64,000 nucleotides of DNA from Leptogorgia sarmentosa (lineage: Eukaryota). The stretch is taken from the NCBI GenBank assembly GCA_964658305.1, contig OZ210884.1:6448001-6512000 (forward strand), read 5' to 3'. The notes under the pieces are model-generated. The model did no database searches. It was not told where the DNA came from and was given only the letters and a program-made list of their open reading frames with translations. Within the stretch, counting starts at the first letter, position 1. Every line of letters begins with the position of its first letter. A program made the position numbers and the translations under genes. This document shows, piece after piece, positions 12,377 through 26,637 of the stretch.

Positions 12377-15300
12377 ACTGACGAATTACTGAAAAGATGA
12401 TATTCTCAGTGATCACAATCTGCAAAGTAATTATAGAAAGTTTTTAAAGATTAAAATTTATTTGTTTGAAGAACTACTGTTGAGAACAATTATTAAATTG
12501 AAATTATAGAATTTCAGGTCAGCTGCATGTACTCGATTCTTTCTCTGCACACAATCAGGTACATAGTATATATTAAAACATGCAGCTCGTCAATCTTTTC
12601 TGCTTAAGATATTCCTAGCTTTGTGTGACAATTCCTGACGGCCAGTCTCTATCAACTGTTATTCTCGTTTGGCCAGGCCTTCGCGTGGTTTGGGTGAAAT
12701 CGAGGCTCTACGTATCGTCAGCTCAGTAGGTATTAGATATAGTTTAGTGCCAATACAAATTAAATGCGCTGTTTTTCATTTAGGCAAAAAGTGCGGCAAA
12801 ATAAAAAGAATATATTGATTGGCTTACAAGAACATCCATTTTCAATATAGCACATTCTTTTGAATGTATTGCGCGAAGATATATTTGACTTCGAGTGAGC
12901 CGGCCACTTGCATTATGACGCAAATAGATATTGGAATATATACTGTTGCTTTAAAACAAACAAAACGCCTTACTGTTACTCTAACAAGCCCCTGTTATAC
13001 TGCAGTGCTATGGAATCTCAAGTTTGGTGTTTACACATTTTGACGGGTCACTATATTGATATGAAGGATTTACATATCATGGCGGCTGTGAACAGACAAT
13101 ATTTTTGTAGGCAATCGTCAAGGTAAACAGGTTCAATCATGCATTTATTCAGAGGCTCGTTCGAACCTTGCACTTATGTATGCAATGTGCCAATGTATGC
13201 AGTGTTTTAACGAAATATCTGAGGAAAAACTAGCTCTTTTACTCCATTTGGAAAAGAGTGCAACAAACAGTGAAACGTCATCCGTCGTATAATAAAAGCG
13301 ATCATGTGTTGACATTGTGTGTATATTCCAAACTTTTAAGTTTTGAGTCATATTCGGAGTTCGAGTTAACCGATAATACTGGCGAAATACAGCAAGGAGA
13401 ATTAAATTAAGTTTGAGTTAGTGATTTACGCGGTGTTCCAGTTAACATTCAATGATTGACCTACTCCTTTTAGCTACTGAAGATAAGTGGTGATGCATAA
13501 ATACTAAAATTCAGAATTGCTTACAAGCGTATTGTATACATGTTGAATTTATATATTTATAATATTCACAAAAGTGACAAGACTGACACAAAACACGAGG
13601 ATGTTTATTCGGAACAAGACAAGAATAAAATTGGCTAACGACGATACTATCCGTTATAATCATGCATGCTTGCATGCAGTACGACGGACATATGAGCAAA
13701 CTACATGCATCAGACCGCAAACTTGTCGCAAAGGAACAAATTACATAAGGAGAAGAAATTAAAATTTATGATAAAATGATTAATTAGACTTACATATAAG
13801 AGATATTTCCCTCAAATGAAAATGTGTTTTCACTGGGTATACTTGTACCTTTCGTACTTCGATAAAATATGCAGCAACATTAATGACTGGCAATATGTAC
13901 GAGAGCCAACTTCTTATAAATCTTTTCCGGAAATTATTGAATCGCAGCTGCAACTGTTATATTTTGGGCGCGGCTGTAGATATTAGACGACTCTCATTAT
14001 GGAAGCATTTTTAAGAATCCCCGCTGTTCTGGATGTTTCTAAATCATTTGTCGGCTCTATAATTATGCGCATGCACTGATGCGAGGGCATACTCCTTCAA
14101 AGTAAGTATCGGGTACATACGGTACTATTGGGAGTTTCGGCAATCTTGCGGCAGACTACATTTAATAGTATCAGCGGAATCTTCTTTAAAGAGAATATCC
14201 TCTGCGTCTATGCGTAGTACATTGAATTACAAACTGATGAATTAATGCGATCTGTATTGCTTGTTTACAATCACGTGACTTTTTGCCCAAATGACGGGCA
14301 ATTGAACAACTTGTACACGACTTTTCTCAGTATTCAAGTGCTTGTAGCAAGATAAAATGACGTTAACACATCTGTCTGTCTTCAATCTGTAATCTGTAAA
14401 ATGTCTCCAATGAATCGATTTTCGTCCTACATGCCCGTCAATTGGAGTTTCTCCAAATTTACGCCATTGCAAACAATCGCTATACGGAGGTTGTTTACGC
14501 AGGGGCATGCGGCCCCTTAAAATCCAACTGGAATATATATATTATACGTCTATACTGTAGTACTTTCAATACATTACCGCCTGGGATTTGCATAGATTAA
14601 CTTAATCATACCATTGTTGGTATTTAAATGTTTAAATCATATATTTATAATATACCAGCTAATTCTTCAACTATTTTTAAATGTTAGGCTATAGTATACA
14701 GCCTTTTTCAATAATTACTATAATGTTTGTATTCAGTCTTAAAAAGATCTTACAAGACTTTTGATAAATATTGGTTTAGGAATTCAACTGACAATCTCGT
14801 AAACGACTCTTTGCCGACATTTGATTTTTCCTGTTTTTAACAATTGGGCGAATAACTCCCCCCAAAAACTGCAGTATTCATATTATATTCATGTAGAATT
14901 AGCGTGTTTTTATGCGATACGGTCAAGTCGTAATTGAAATTGTTTACACTGATGTATTGTATGTTTCAATAAAAGTTTCAGTTTTAGCCATGCAGGCGTT
15001 CAACAATGGCAGGGCCTATCAGGAAAATTGAAGGGACCCGATCGAGGTAAAGTTCACTTGAGCTCTTTTGCCCTAACTCCCTGTGATGGCCTAACTCCCT
15101 GTGATGTAAGGCCCTAGACTATGGGTGTTCGTGTCAACACTGCTACAAGTCGGCTTAAAAAGTTGTAGAGTCTGATCGTCGGCCAAAGGGCATGACGGAG
15201 TGGCTAGAGTTTTCTAAATGCCATTTCATGCGTTTTTGGTGACGCTCTGTGTTTTAGGAACGTCAAGCACCTAGGACGGCAACCAAACCACGGCGACCAA

Positions 15301-16689
15301 TTAATAATGAAATAAGTTTAACGTAAAGAGATTATTTAGTGGACTGTCCTATCGTAGGACGTTGATAGGCTGGACGACGTGTATGCTTTACGCTTCTACA
15401 CTACACATTGCAGTTACTTCATGGCTTTAAGGAATTTCAAACATAATACACGTCCATTGTGGTGGCGTATATCATTAGTTATTGCATCGTATGAACTTCA
15501 ACAATCAATACCGTGTTTTCGTAGCTTTCGTTTTCACCAGACAATATCAAGTGGCCACCTGGGAGGGCCATATCGTGCAATAAGTATCTCAACAACACAA
15601 GCAAAGCCATAAAGAGGCACTCGTAATTCAGGCTTTCTTGTTGTAATTCGTTTCCAAGTATCGTAAGCAATTAATATTTATTTAAGAGTGAGTTATCAGT
15701 TTATCAATAATTATCATAGTTCTGTTATTTAGGTAAACCAATAATTCTCATTAGTGCATAGGATCTTAAGAACTCGATAGTGATGTTCTCTCATGTGACA
15801 ACTTTCAGAATGAGGATATATACGTATCAGCCGCACTCTTTGAAAAATAATATCTTTCATGTGCAAGTACCTCCTTTAACATGTCAAGAAAAGCACTCCT
15901 GAACTCCCACGATCATGATAATTTTGATGAACGCGAAGTATAATTTTAGGAATATATTTTCCGGTCCGTCTCAAGAATTCGAGCAATCGACACAAAAATA
16001 TTTGAGAATCAGATCAATATTTCATTTAAAAAAACAAATAATTTACTACGATCTGATAGAGTATACTAGGCAATCGTTAAGACACAAGAGGATTACTTTT
16101 ATACAAACAAACGCGTTTCATTCAAGTGAAACCACCAATAATTAGCAGCCGTCCACATGTGACTATACGAGAAAGGACTTTGATCAGACAAAGTAATTAC
16201 TAAGAATATACTCCAGTTTTCAAATCACGGCGGTATTCCGAAGTTTCCAGGGATAAGTTTGTAAAGATTATTCAAGATCCAACAGGGAAACGAATGTGTT
16301 AATAGCCACTATTAATAAACCAATTAAAGCGAAATGAATCTGTCGTATTGCTATCCACAGCAAAGCACACTGACGGAATTAATTGTGTATGAAACTAGCC
16401 CGTATATCAAACGACAAAGTAAACGTTACAAAAAACTCACCTCTAGTTACTTTAATAGTTTCCTTGACGAAGAACTCGCGTGAATAATACCTGATTCTTA
16501 AAACAATTGCTTTCCACGATTCTTTCAATGACTGCACGTGCAACTTAACAGTAATAACATGAATAAGAATGACTAGCGTAACAGGGGTGTCAGATGCAAA
16601 TTAGTTGCGGCTACACACTAGATTGCATCCGGTCAACCACAAAATTATTTGTCTGGAGCGGTTTCGAGTGTCAGCTGAAAGAAAATTGG

Positions 16690-16925
16690 CCAGTACGCCA
16701 ACGAGTCGTTTCGCCAACGGTCATTTCAGTTCCGTCAGAGAACATTCTTCATTTGGCACGTAATCAGTTTCACAAAATAAACCAGTCCCAAACCATAAAT
16801 CTGACCCTAACCATAGCATTCCAACCCTAGCCACTAAAAACAATTTGAGAGAGTAAGAACAATCGACTCGAGACGTTGGCATGGTGAACTGACAATTGGC
16901 GAAACGACTCGTTGGCGAAACGACA
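16690..16925. mobile_element. Small inverted-repeat (MITE-like) element
   Basis: cgccaacgagtcgtttcgccaa at the left end is the reverse complement of ttggcgaaacgactcgttggcg at the right end. Degenerate ccctaacc motifs lie inside. Confidence 0.55.
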
Positions 16926-17467
16926 AGATACCAGAGTTACTATACAAGCTAAAGTTTTCCCTGCGATTGTCACAGTACGCTATATCGCAAGCAGCCAAGC
17001 ACCGACATTTGGTATAGCCTGTCGCACACGAGAGCTATCTGCTGAGCAAAATGCGAATGTGTGCGGCAAAATTTTGCGAAGTTTTGGTCACGCGTGTCAA
17101 AAATATTTTGCCGCACACGGGAGCACTTTGCTTACGCCAATAGTGACTGTCCAAGCTTATATCTTTGCTATCATTTCCATGTTCCATTTGGGCTTTTTGC
17201 ACATAGTGTCTATGCTGCTGTCCTACTCGGTGTGTGACTGTGTGACATGATTGAGAGGTGATAAGTTGTTGCTTCCGATGGCTCAAATTAACTTGTAAAC
17301 TTGTCATAAGTCATTTCTCCAAATCCCTGAAGGAATTTTAAACTTTTGTCCACGAAGCTATGTATCTTCGGGCAGTTTCAAACACTATAGGAGAAGATAA
17401 ACTACAGTATTTTGCTATAACATATTTATATCAATTCCGATCTAGTGTGCGTAGCGAATAACAACAT

Positions 17468-17822
17468 CAGGGGCGGATACAGGGGGGAGGGCGTGAATAG
17501 GGTGAAATCCCCCCCCCCCCTTTCCTGCCTCAACCATCAACCAGTGCAGGAAAAAACAGCGATATATCTGCTGTATCAATCCTATACGTTTTATTTATGA
17601 TCAAACAAGTGAAACGTATTCAAAATTACAGTGCATATGAATGCCTATATTATAAGCATATAGCCAAGGGGTCTCTTATGGCTTGGTAATAGCCCTAAAG
17701 ATTATAATGGAGAACTGCAGCTATACGTTTATTGATGATCAGTAGGGTTCGTTTGCCGAGTATTGAAGATTTAAACAGTCTACAATTTCACCCCCCTTTT
17801 CAAAATCCTGTATCCGCCCCTG
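17468..17822. mobile_element. MITE with CAGGGGCGGATACAGG termini and an apparent 5-bp TSD (aacat)
   Basis: TIRs caggggcggatacagg / cctgtatccgcccctg are flanked on both sides by aacat. Confidence 0.75.
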
Positions 17823-18222
17823 AACATTAGCATGCCATACTTTTCCAATGAAGATCCATTGATTAGGCGTATTTCAGGGTTGCTCAAAATCTGATTAGCG
17901 CTGTCCAGTGGATTGGAAAGCAATCTTTTAAGCGCCCTAAAACAACTCGTTGATCGATATGATTTCGATGAAACTTTGACATTTTAAAGCCGGTTGAAAT
18001 GTATAATTATGGGCGCAAAATAAGCGCTAGCCATGCAGTTCGAAGACACCACTGCGTTTGCATGGTCAAAATTTGCAATTGAATTGACTGCATCATGAGG
18101 TCTGCCATCTGCAAGTATGGATTTATATAATAATTTTTGACACCAAATGGGTTGCTGTTTTATGTTCCAAGGGATTGAGTTGCCAATGAACTATCTATGT
18201 ACCGTAACTGTTTTTTTGTTTA

Positions 18223-18406
18223 AGGCTCATTTACACAGGCGATATTTGCTGCGATTTTGAACGATGTGAGGGAGAAGATTACCTATCAAAGTTGTTATGA
18301 GATCTAATAACTTGGAACATTTATAATTGATCAACTCCTTCACATCGTTCAAAAGAAGAAAATCGTACCTAAAATCGAAGCATAAATCGCCGGTGTAAAC
18401 AGGACT
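18223..18406. mobile_element. Degenerate MITE resembling the 8032-8235 element
   Basis: aggctcatttacacaggcgatatttgc...taaatcgccggtgtaaacaggact, with an internal inverted repeat ttttgaacgatgtg/cacatcgttcaaaa. Confidence 0.6.
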
Positions 18407-18618
18407 TTAGGTATCATTTGTGTCGCCAGCACGGTTCACAACTGCCTTTAAAATTATAATAAATTGACAGTATAAATTCGAGGTGTCGAATGGAAGCCTT
18501 TCTTTCGTTGGGATAGCAATCTTAACTTTTCCTTTTTCAAACTGAGTTAGTGGATCTTACAGACGTCGATTATAGCTTGTTTGGCGACAGGGCCAACAAA
18601 CAGATTATTATTTACAGA

Positions 18619-18922
18619 CAGTGGCGTAGACAAGGGGGGGCACGGGGGGGCTCAGCCCCCCCAATAGGCTGAAGGACTGCGCCCTAAAAAGATGAAATCT
18701 GGGTAGAAATTACGGGGGGGGGGCGATGACTACCCATGTGACTACCAATCTCAATCCAAACATTTTCACAAATCTCACTCCAGAAACAGGCTAAATTGCC
18801 ATTGGGGGACTCCAGATTTCAAAATTTTCACGGGGGAGAATCCCCCCGGACCCCCCTAGATGGCATCGCGCCTTCCGCGTTTGCTTCGCCCCCCCAAAAA
18901 TGAAGGTCTGGCTACGCCACTG
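18619..18922. mobile_element. hAT-like non-autonomous element with an 8-bp TSD
   Basis: TIRs cagtggcgtag / ctacgccactg with a perfect 8-bp direct repeat tttacaga at 18611-18618 and 18923-18930. Confidence 0.85.
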
Positions 18923-19256
18923 TTTACAGACAAATTTCCCGAAAAGTGGGGGAGAGGAGTGTCAGCCCCCTGACTGCTGCGCCCCTGAGTGAGCCGTTTG
19001 TGTTGGACACGGGTCTATTTCAAATGAGCTAGGTAATTTCCTGTTTCAGCGTTTGCACATTAAGTTCAGTAATTTTTTTTCACTTTCCTTTTACCAAATA
19101 CTTCTCGTCTGAAAAAAAGGATCCGGAAATGTTACTTTCGTAACAACCAAACTTTCGTTTCGTTTTTGATTATATAATATTCGAATGCTTGCTGGGTACA
19201 ATCCTAATATTTGAGGGTGAATCAGATTTAAAGGCTGTGAAATTGCAAGTAAAAGA

Positions 19257-20333
19257 ATGTCCCAGGGCCGACTTTTGTCAAGATGCGCTGGAAAGATCAA
19301 GCCAATATTCTTGGTTGCCACGGTTTTGATGGAGATTTACGATGTCATTATCGACATCATGGAAGCATATGACTATCAAGCGGGAAAGTTATTGCATTTG
19401 TCCAAACCTAGACCACAAGCTGCGAAAGCTTTCATAGTGTTAGCCTCCATCGGAGCCATATTTTCTCTTGTGAAAATCATCTTTGTTATCATTTATAACT
19501 GGAAGGTAAAGCACGCGGCGAAAGTGGAGTGGCATTCCGAACATTTTCAGGAAGAATTGTGTACCGACACAAAAAGCAAAGAAGAACTAGAGAGGCATTT
19601 TGCTAATATTAACCTTGCTATAAAATCCCTCACATTAATATTTGAGGACGTTGCTCAAGCTGTGCTGCCCTACTGGTTTATCACCCGCTGTTCGGTCGAT
19701 TTTGATTCAATAGTGAAAATATGTTTCATTTGCGTTTGTCCTATTTTGAATTTCGCATATTTTACTTTCATAGCTGTTAGAATCGTATGGCGGTATAAAG
19801 GCAAACATAAAAGCAAGCTACGTGTCTTTCTCGTATTCTTACTCGCGATTAACGTCATTCCTTTTGCGTTTGGAGTGCTTTCTAGCAAAGTGGCTTTCGA
19901 CAGAACACATCTAATTGGAGACGTCCCTAAAATTGTACTTGTGCAACAGAAAGTAAATGGAACAGCATTTGGAGCCGAAAACAACCCTGAAGTCTTGAAA
20001 GAGAAAAACCTTTATGCCGTTTGGAGGATTATTGAGAGAGCGGACAGCCATTGTGCGAATATCAGTTTTAAGTGCAAAAATGGATCATTTTTTGCCAACA
20101 AGATATTTAACGGTTGCTCGGAGGTTCGTTTCATCTTGTGTTATAAGAGTGCCTTATTAAACATCGTCTATAAGATTCAAATTTGTCAGGGATATCCAAC
20201 TAATTGCACTGATGTAAAAATTAATAAAACTGGATTGTATTTGAGGTACACCTCTGATTTTTGCGGTGAAAACAAAGCTAACCAAGAGGAATGGGGGGAT
20301 GTGGCTTCCATTTACAGTCTATCGATCAATTGA
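19257..20333 (+). CDS. Intronless multi-pass membrane protein (about 5 hydrophobic segments, Cys-rich C-terminal domain with N-glycosylation sequons); weak XK-related/TMEM26-like motifs
   Basis: 358-aa ATG-initiated ORF in AT-rich DNA. Motifs YDVIIDIMEAYDY and IFEDVAQ. The C-terminal region has several Cys and NGT/NIS/NGS/NCT/NKT sequons. The family call is tentative. Confidence 0.7.
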   Translation: MSQGRLLSRCAGKIKPIFLVATVLMEIYDVIIDIMEAYDYQAGKLLHLSKPRPQAAKAFIVLASIGAIFSLVKIIFVIIYNWKVKHAAKVEWHSEHFQEELCTDTKSKEELERHFANINLAIKSLTLIFEDVAQAVLPYWFITRCSVDFDSIVKICFICVCPILNFAYFTFIAVRIVWRYKGKHKSKLRVFLVFLLAINVIPFAFGVLSSKVAFDRTHLIGDVPKIVLVQQKVNGTAFGAENNPEVLKEKNLYAVWRIIERADSHCANISFKCKNGSFFANKIFNGCSEVRFILCYKSALLNIVYKIQICQGYPTNCTDVKINKTGLYLRYTSDFCGENKANQEEWGDVASIYSLSIN

Positions 20334-21580
20334 ATTGAAAACCCAGATGGACAATCGAATAAATGAGAAAAACTAAATAATAATAATAATAAATAATTCC
20401 AGAATTGTGTAATATAAAATATATAAACTGATTCAATGTTTTACTTAAAAAATACTGGAAATAGTACTGGAAATACTGAACAATCTTGACAAATATATAT
20501 ATTCACTCCATGGATGTACAACACAGATACACTTTCCAGAAAATTATATGTACTATTACAAATCTATAAATATGCTGCGAATAATTGTTATCACGAATGT
20601 ATACGTTCCAGAGCGTCCCCCCCCCCTCCCCCGCTTCTTAGATCCTCTTTGAGCTCATAGCGAATTGCTCCATTGCATCTTTGTAGGTGATTAACTGAAA
20701 AAAAATTCACTATGAACGCGCGATTGCAAATTCTAACCAGCGAAATATTGGATAACGTTCATTAGTAAAGCTACTATTAGGAGAAAACGGGGGAACCACT
20801 GAACAGGACAGAATTTGGGGCCTCCTTAAGCTTTTCACCAAATTGCCCCACGTAGTATACTGTGGCCATACAGTGCTGTTGAAATAAATTCACCAGGGAC
20901 GGGGGGGGGCGGGGCTTTCTTGATGAACGTGAAACCATGAAATCGTATAAGACGCCATTTTAGTAATCTTAAAGACGAACATCCAATTACTTAATTGTTG
21001 AATCCCAAAGCATCGATTTTCAAAAGTAGAATTGGGTGCTCGGCCGCTCAGCCCCTTCAAAGCTTGCAGAAGGGGGACTCCGGCGCCAGCGATCCCCGAC
21101 TTCTACAGCACTGCGGCAATCCGCCCCAGATGAGCTCCATTATACAACCATTATACTAAGTTCACATCTCAGTATTTCGGTATAGGTTATCAGTGACAAA
21201 ACAATTAAAAAGTTGTACTACAGCAAAATATATATCATGTTTGAAGATTAATAAATTAAATATTTATAACTTACAATATGACATTTATATCATATAATTA
21301 TAAACAATTTATGAAGTCATACATGAGGAAAATATATTTCCATCTAAAACATCTACACGTAGCAATTCAAAACAAAATTTTCAGAAATGAATAGGGTTGT
21401 CGATATCATAGTTTGGTCCATATTAAAGAACAATATCAAATCAAATCTTCTACAGAGAAGACTTAAAATTTATGACATGGATTAGTCCAGTAAGAAACGT
21501 TTCACTTTGGGGCTGGAACAGCCAACATTACTTATCTTATATTACTACTTTTTTTTCATGCATTATGTAGTTTTCACAAC

Positions 21581-24500
21581 CTATGTAGTGAGAGTTGGAT
21601 TCTCTGCATTGGTTTCCGCAGGATTTTCACTGACAAAAGCTGAAGCTCTTTTCTGCCACAGAGGGAAATCTTGATTATTAATCCATGCTCCATTTTCCTT
21701 GATTGGAAGACTGTAGTTTCTGGAGGTGGTGAGTTTCTTCTTCAGCGCTTGGTTTTGATACTAAAATAGGCGTAGTGTTATTTTTAAAGACATGTATATA
21801 AATTCAGGCATATAGGTTCATGCTAGTTCGATCTCTCATGATGACATTGAGTATGCAGATTCTTTCTACCACCTCTAGATTCCCGATTTAAAATTTGGTG
21901 CGCACGTGGAATGATGATTTTTAGCGTGCGCATGCAACATTCATAAATATTATAATTCTTGAATAGTGCCTTTGCTCGAAGGGCCTCTGGTTGTATCGTT
22001 TAGCTAGTGAGTGGAACCTTGGCACTTTACTTAATGAAGATTAATTCTGTTGGGTACATGCATGTGTATTGTGGTGGGTCAGCCAGTGCACCGGCCTGCA
22101 TTGTACTAGCGTATGTTCAATTGTTTCTTGTTGACTACATTTGTATGATATCCAAAACTCACCAGAATAAATTTATAGATATTATTTATTTAAAAAATTG
22201 GTGGCTTTTGATCGTCATGTCAAAGGAATGACTTCGTAACATGATGTGAGACTTTATTCATTCACATTATGACATCATAACGTGAACGAAAAAGTCGTGT
22301 CTCAATTATGACCTCATACAAATGACTCAAGTTGCGACGAAGCAAGAAATGTAGCTACAACAACAGAAAAATATCCTATAATCGATACCAAAACAATTAT
22401 GAAATTTTCAACGTTTTCGTTCTTTGATAACGACAAAAATCGTCTTAATAACTCTTCATATCATTTTCCCGCATTCAGTAATATAACGGTTTTAAGTAAT
22501 GCCATAAAATACAGTATACTTACACAAAGAAATCCGATGATGATAAACAGAATCAGCACGAATGCACCACTGCCAATAGCCACCATCTGCCACACATACA
22601 GTATCTTTTTGGGTTCAGGATCATCATCAGAACGTCCAGACGTACAAGAGGAAGAAGCTGTGGTTGTAGGTGATGGGATAAACGGAGTAGTAAAAGCTGG
22701 TGGTGGTTGGGTAGACGAAGCCATGGATGATTTGGAAGTTTTAGGTGTTGATATAAACGAAGTAACAGTAGGTGATGGAATAAAAGCTTTGGAATTTCTA
22801 GGTGTTGGGGTAAGGCCTTCCGTCGTAACAGAAGCTTTTAAAGTTGTCGTGGAAAGTGAAGATGAACTCTCTGTGGTACTCTTCATGTTCGGAACGATCA
22901 CGGAACGATCAGGTGTACCGGCTACACTCGGAGAAGGGCTTACTATAATTGAAATTATAGATTATTAGAAGAACATGTGGACAAATGTTCTGCGTAGCCC
23001 CTGACGTAAACTCAAAATCCCAACCACTGAGCTCTATTCGTAATTAGTATAAATCTTGAGGTGACTATAACATTTCCTGCAATCTGATTGGACAAGAATT
23101 GATTTCTCTCTTGTTATAGTCACCTCCTAGGAGGTGACTATTACAATTTTCATAATTAAAATTCAAAATGGCCGCTCGGTTTGCTGAAGTTTCGCAGGAC
23201 GAAATTGACAAAATTAAACAAGAAAGCATCCCCAAGAAAACCAAATAAGCGACAAAATATGGTTTAAAAATCTTTCAAAGTAAAATATTTTATTTAGTGT
23301 TATTTTTATGCAACAAAACTGGCTTTTTTCACTAGCAAAGTGGTGATATGAGCGTGAATTATTTTATGTAAACAAACTATAAACAAAGTAAACGAAACTT
23401 GAATTTCTACTTAACAGACAGTTTGAATCAAATCAGTTTGACCTGGGAATTTATACTAAAACAATTAGTCGCCTCAGGCTTCGGTGATTACAAGCTCATA
23501 ATCACCTCGGCGCTTCGCACCTTGGTGACTATGAGCTTGTAATCACCTCGCCTTGGGGCTTCGGCGACTAATTGTTAATTAGTATAATTTCATTGGTAAG
23601 AAATGGCTTTTCCTCATTCCGATAGGTTATTTGAGAAGTAACTATGAGGCAAATAATTAATGCCTGGACCAGACCAACTAGTATAGCCATTGCTCTTTTC
23701 AGCATGGCTGCCCAAAATTTACTCGTTTTTAATGATTTTTACTTTCTAATCAATGACATTATACTAAAGTCAGTTCTCGGCGATTTACCTCGCTACTACG
23801 CGGCTCAGTAAATACCCATCAATAATCACCGAAACTGAAGTAACAGTAGCTTTTTCTGTTCGGGCATTAAAACTAAAGTGAAAAATATCACATGAAAGTA
23901 TCACTTGCATTGTGTTTTAATGCTATTTTTAGGAATGAACACTCCCTCACTCGTGATGAGATTCTGATAAACACAGGAAATGACTTTCATATTTCCGCAA
24001 ATCCTTGTATCATTCTTTATAACTATCATGTTATATATAGGAATAAAGATCAAATTGAAGACTAGATGAGTAATTAGGTCAAAAACAATTTTCAAGACGA
24101 TAATCGTCGAATTTTCGTATACTTTCATATACTTTCTATTTCATAATTGTTTTCGACATAATTTAACTAGCTTGCCTGTGAAAAAGTGTGGAAACACTTT
24201 GCAGTTAGTTTTGTTCACATGAGGTTTTCAAAGTATCTTAATCTCAAATAAAATAGCTTCCTGGTTTTAAAATACGAGTTCAAAGTCATGGACTGCCACA
24301 CGTAGCATTAAATATTTCATGACCCATTTTATGGGTATATTTTTATATCCGTTCTGTATATACCTCGACAAATGACAAATCCAACTACTGTTCGAAATAA
24401 CTCTCAGACAATACCAATTAATCGTTGTTAACACGCAGATGCTGAATCATTTGGGCTACAGGAGAAGGACTGTAATATAACTAATATTAGCTACCAAAAC

Positions 24501-25137
24501 ACTCAGATTAAAATAGATTCTGTTCGGTATTGAGGAAAAATTTGGCCATGACTGGACCTATACTTTCACATTGATCCTAATTTCCCGTTCATATATCTGT
24601 GGTTTAAGCCAAGAATTATGTCTTCGATTTAATAATAAGATCGGACCGATATCGGCGCCCTGACGTGTCTAACTGCTCCCAAATACCAGATATTTGATAC
24701 ACAAGTCACAACAACTCTGCTTTTCAGGTTAGCCTATATAGTGTCAACGCCTCAACGGTCATGTTATTATTCGTTTGAATTCTAAAACGTAGACGCCATT
24801 GGTATTGAATCGAGACAGAAACGACTATATATTTCCTGTTGATTCTTGAAGTATTGCAGTCGCAAATATTTTTTATATGACGGACAGACGTATTACGAAG
24901 AAGACAAGCTAACAGTAAATGTTTTACCAGAAATTATTTGTCATTCTAGTTTGGTAACTTACTTGCTGTTACATTTGGAGATAGATATGTACTATCCGGA
25001 GACGATGTGTTATTCAGAGACGCACCAAAAGTCGTCGCTTGGGTCGCACTGACAGTACTAGTACTTCCATCACAAATCTGTAGTTTTGTCGCCAGAAGTA
25101 AAAGCATATTCAAACAAAGACTTCGTATTTTTGTCAT
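21581..25137 (-). CDS. Small transmembrane mucin-like protein C (no SEA domain). Exons 25137-24963, 22942-22524, 21760-21581
   Basis: Signal peptide MTKIRSLCLNMLLLLATKLQICDG, then a phase-1 intron. The S/T/P-rich exon ends in DDDPEP and TM VWQMVAIGSGAFVLILFIIIGFLC|GTAAGT. The in-frame tail exon reads YQNQALKKK..NPTLTT*. Confidence 0.8.
23044..23578. mobile_element. Palindromic repeat element with a terminal multi-hairpin, in the mucin C intron
   Basis: Hairpin aacaattagtcgcc..ggtgattacaagctcata / tatgagcttgtaatcacc..ggcgactaattgtt at ~23460-23577. Same general design as the 371-667 element. Confidence 0.55.
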
Positions 25138-26310
25138 TTTTATTCCCCAGTTAACCAAGATTCGAAGAAAGCGTTTCACAGACTATCAATTATCTTTCTT
25201 AATCCTTCAGTGTGAACGCACAAATGCATTCACAATTTTATGTCAACAAACTAAAGCCTAAAGACAACCAAACAAAACCAAATGAAATACGATCTCTGTC
25301 TTTGCCTTTGTCCGATTTACATCCTGATTAAATTTCCTGTCTTAGTAATCGTTAATAAATTGATATTAATAAGTTAATAATTTGTTTGATCTTGTTCATT
25401 GCTTCGGCCTTTAATTAGTTGATTCAACAAGATTAGCTAATTGTATAAAAGAGCTTCGTTTTTGGAAGAAACCGTGTGCGTTACCCAATTCACACCGTAA
25501 TTGGCGTATTGATGTAGCTATATGATACTTAAATCGTTTTACTAAAACGATTTCGGCCGAGATACTTTAGGAACTATATATTGAAGGTATAGTCTTTTAT
25601 TCAAGCCAAACTTGTTTGGGGACTGGAGTTCCCCTTTAATAGACCACTACTTTATAACTAAAATCCGAAAAAAATTTGAAATAGGGAAAATCCATCACCA
25701 CAGATTTAAAGAGCATCAGTGTAATACGATTTTTTCGAACAGGGTAATTTTCTCCATCCGTAATACTAAAGTATACAAAAATTTCTCAAGGTGACAGTTT
25801 CCTCATTTTACAACATTTCGCAACCAAACTTTGCAATATTACTAAATTTAGGATACTCTCTTAAGCTGTGATGATAGAATTTCTTATTTTAAATTGTTTT
25901 AAAGGTTGGTATAAGGTTGAAGATCCATTATGGGAACCATTGCATTCTTTTCACTATATACTAAACATATGTACAAGGCCGAATTAACAAAACCAAATTT
26001 TGTGCCAAACCAACGCCAAAATCCGAAAAATTATAATGCAGATGTTTAATACTTAAATTACCTTGAAAACAAATACAAAAGTCGAAAAAATATCTAAAAG
26101 TGTTCGTATATAGTTCAAATATTGCGAATTTAACTCGTACTATGTTTCTTTTTACACTTCGCATTAGTAATGAATACACTATACTCAGTGAAAAGACCGA
26201 ATCTGGGAAATTCTTTTGAAATTCATTTTACTCACCAGAAAAATGGCGTTCATTTCACCTAACTGATTTCACCATGGCCACTTTGACAAATGTGGTAGGT
26301 AACCCGTCAG

Positions 26311-26637
26311 CAATCTCGTACCCTGAGCCTGCGATCTTCGTAGGAGAATCGAAGGCTCTGGGATAATCCATGTGACGAGGGCAGATTTCGGTACGTCGAC
26401 TCAAATGCACATGTGTTAATAAATGTCATTGAATATTTAGTGAATAATAAACTCTTTCCAAATGGTTTTGTATAGGTTTTGAAGCTTTTGTCGACTATAT
26501 ATTATATTGTATTTACTTGCAACAGTTTCAAAACTTCTTATCTTACTTCTTACAATTCGCGCAAATTAATATTCATGGCTTATCCCAGAGCCTTCGATTC
26601 TTGCAAACGAAGATCGCAGGCTCAGGGTAGGAGATTG
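26311..26637. mobile_element. MITE with ~60-bp TIRs (CAATCTCGTACCCTGAGCC...)
   Basis: caatctcgtaccctgagcctgcgatcttcg..gaaggctctgggataa pairs with ttatcccagagccttcga..cgaagatcgcaggctcagggtaggagattg. Confidence 0.8.

Noticed and set aside
12421..16500. Possible non-coding first exon of mucin B (donor near 16440, acceptor near 12420), and a similar one for the peroxidase (donor near 54477, acceptor near 52742)
   Set aside because: Splice-like motifs only; cannot be supported without transcripts.
12900..17310. Short 60-110 aa ORFs in intergenic and intronic DNA here and at 52900-56560
   Set aside because: No recognisable motifs or splice-consistent partners; expected by chance.
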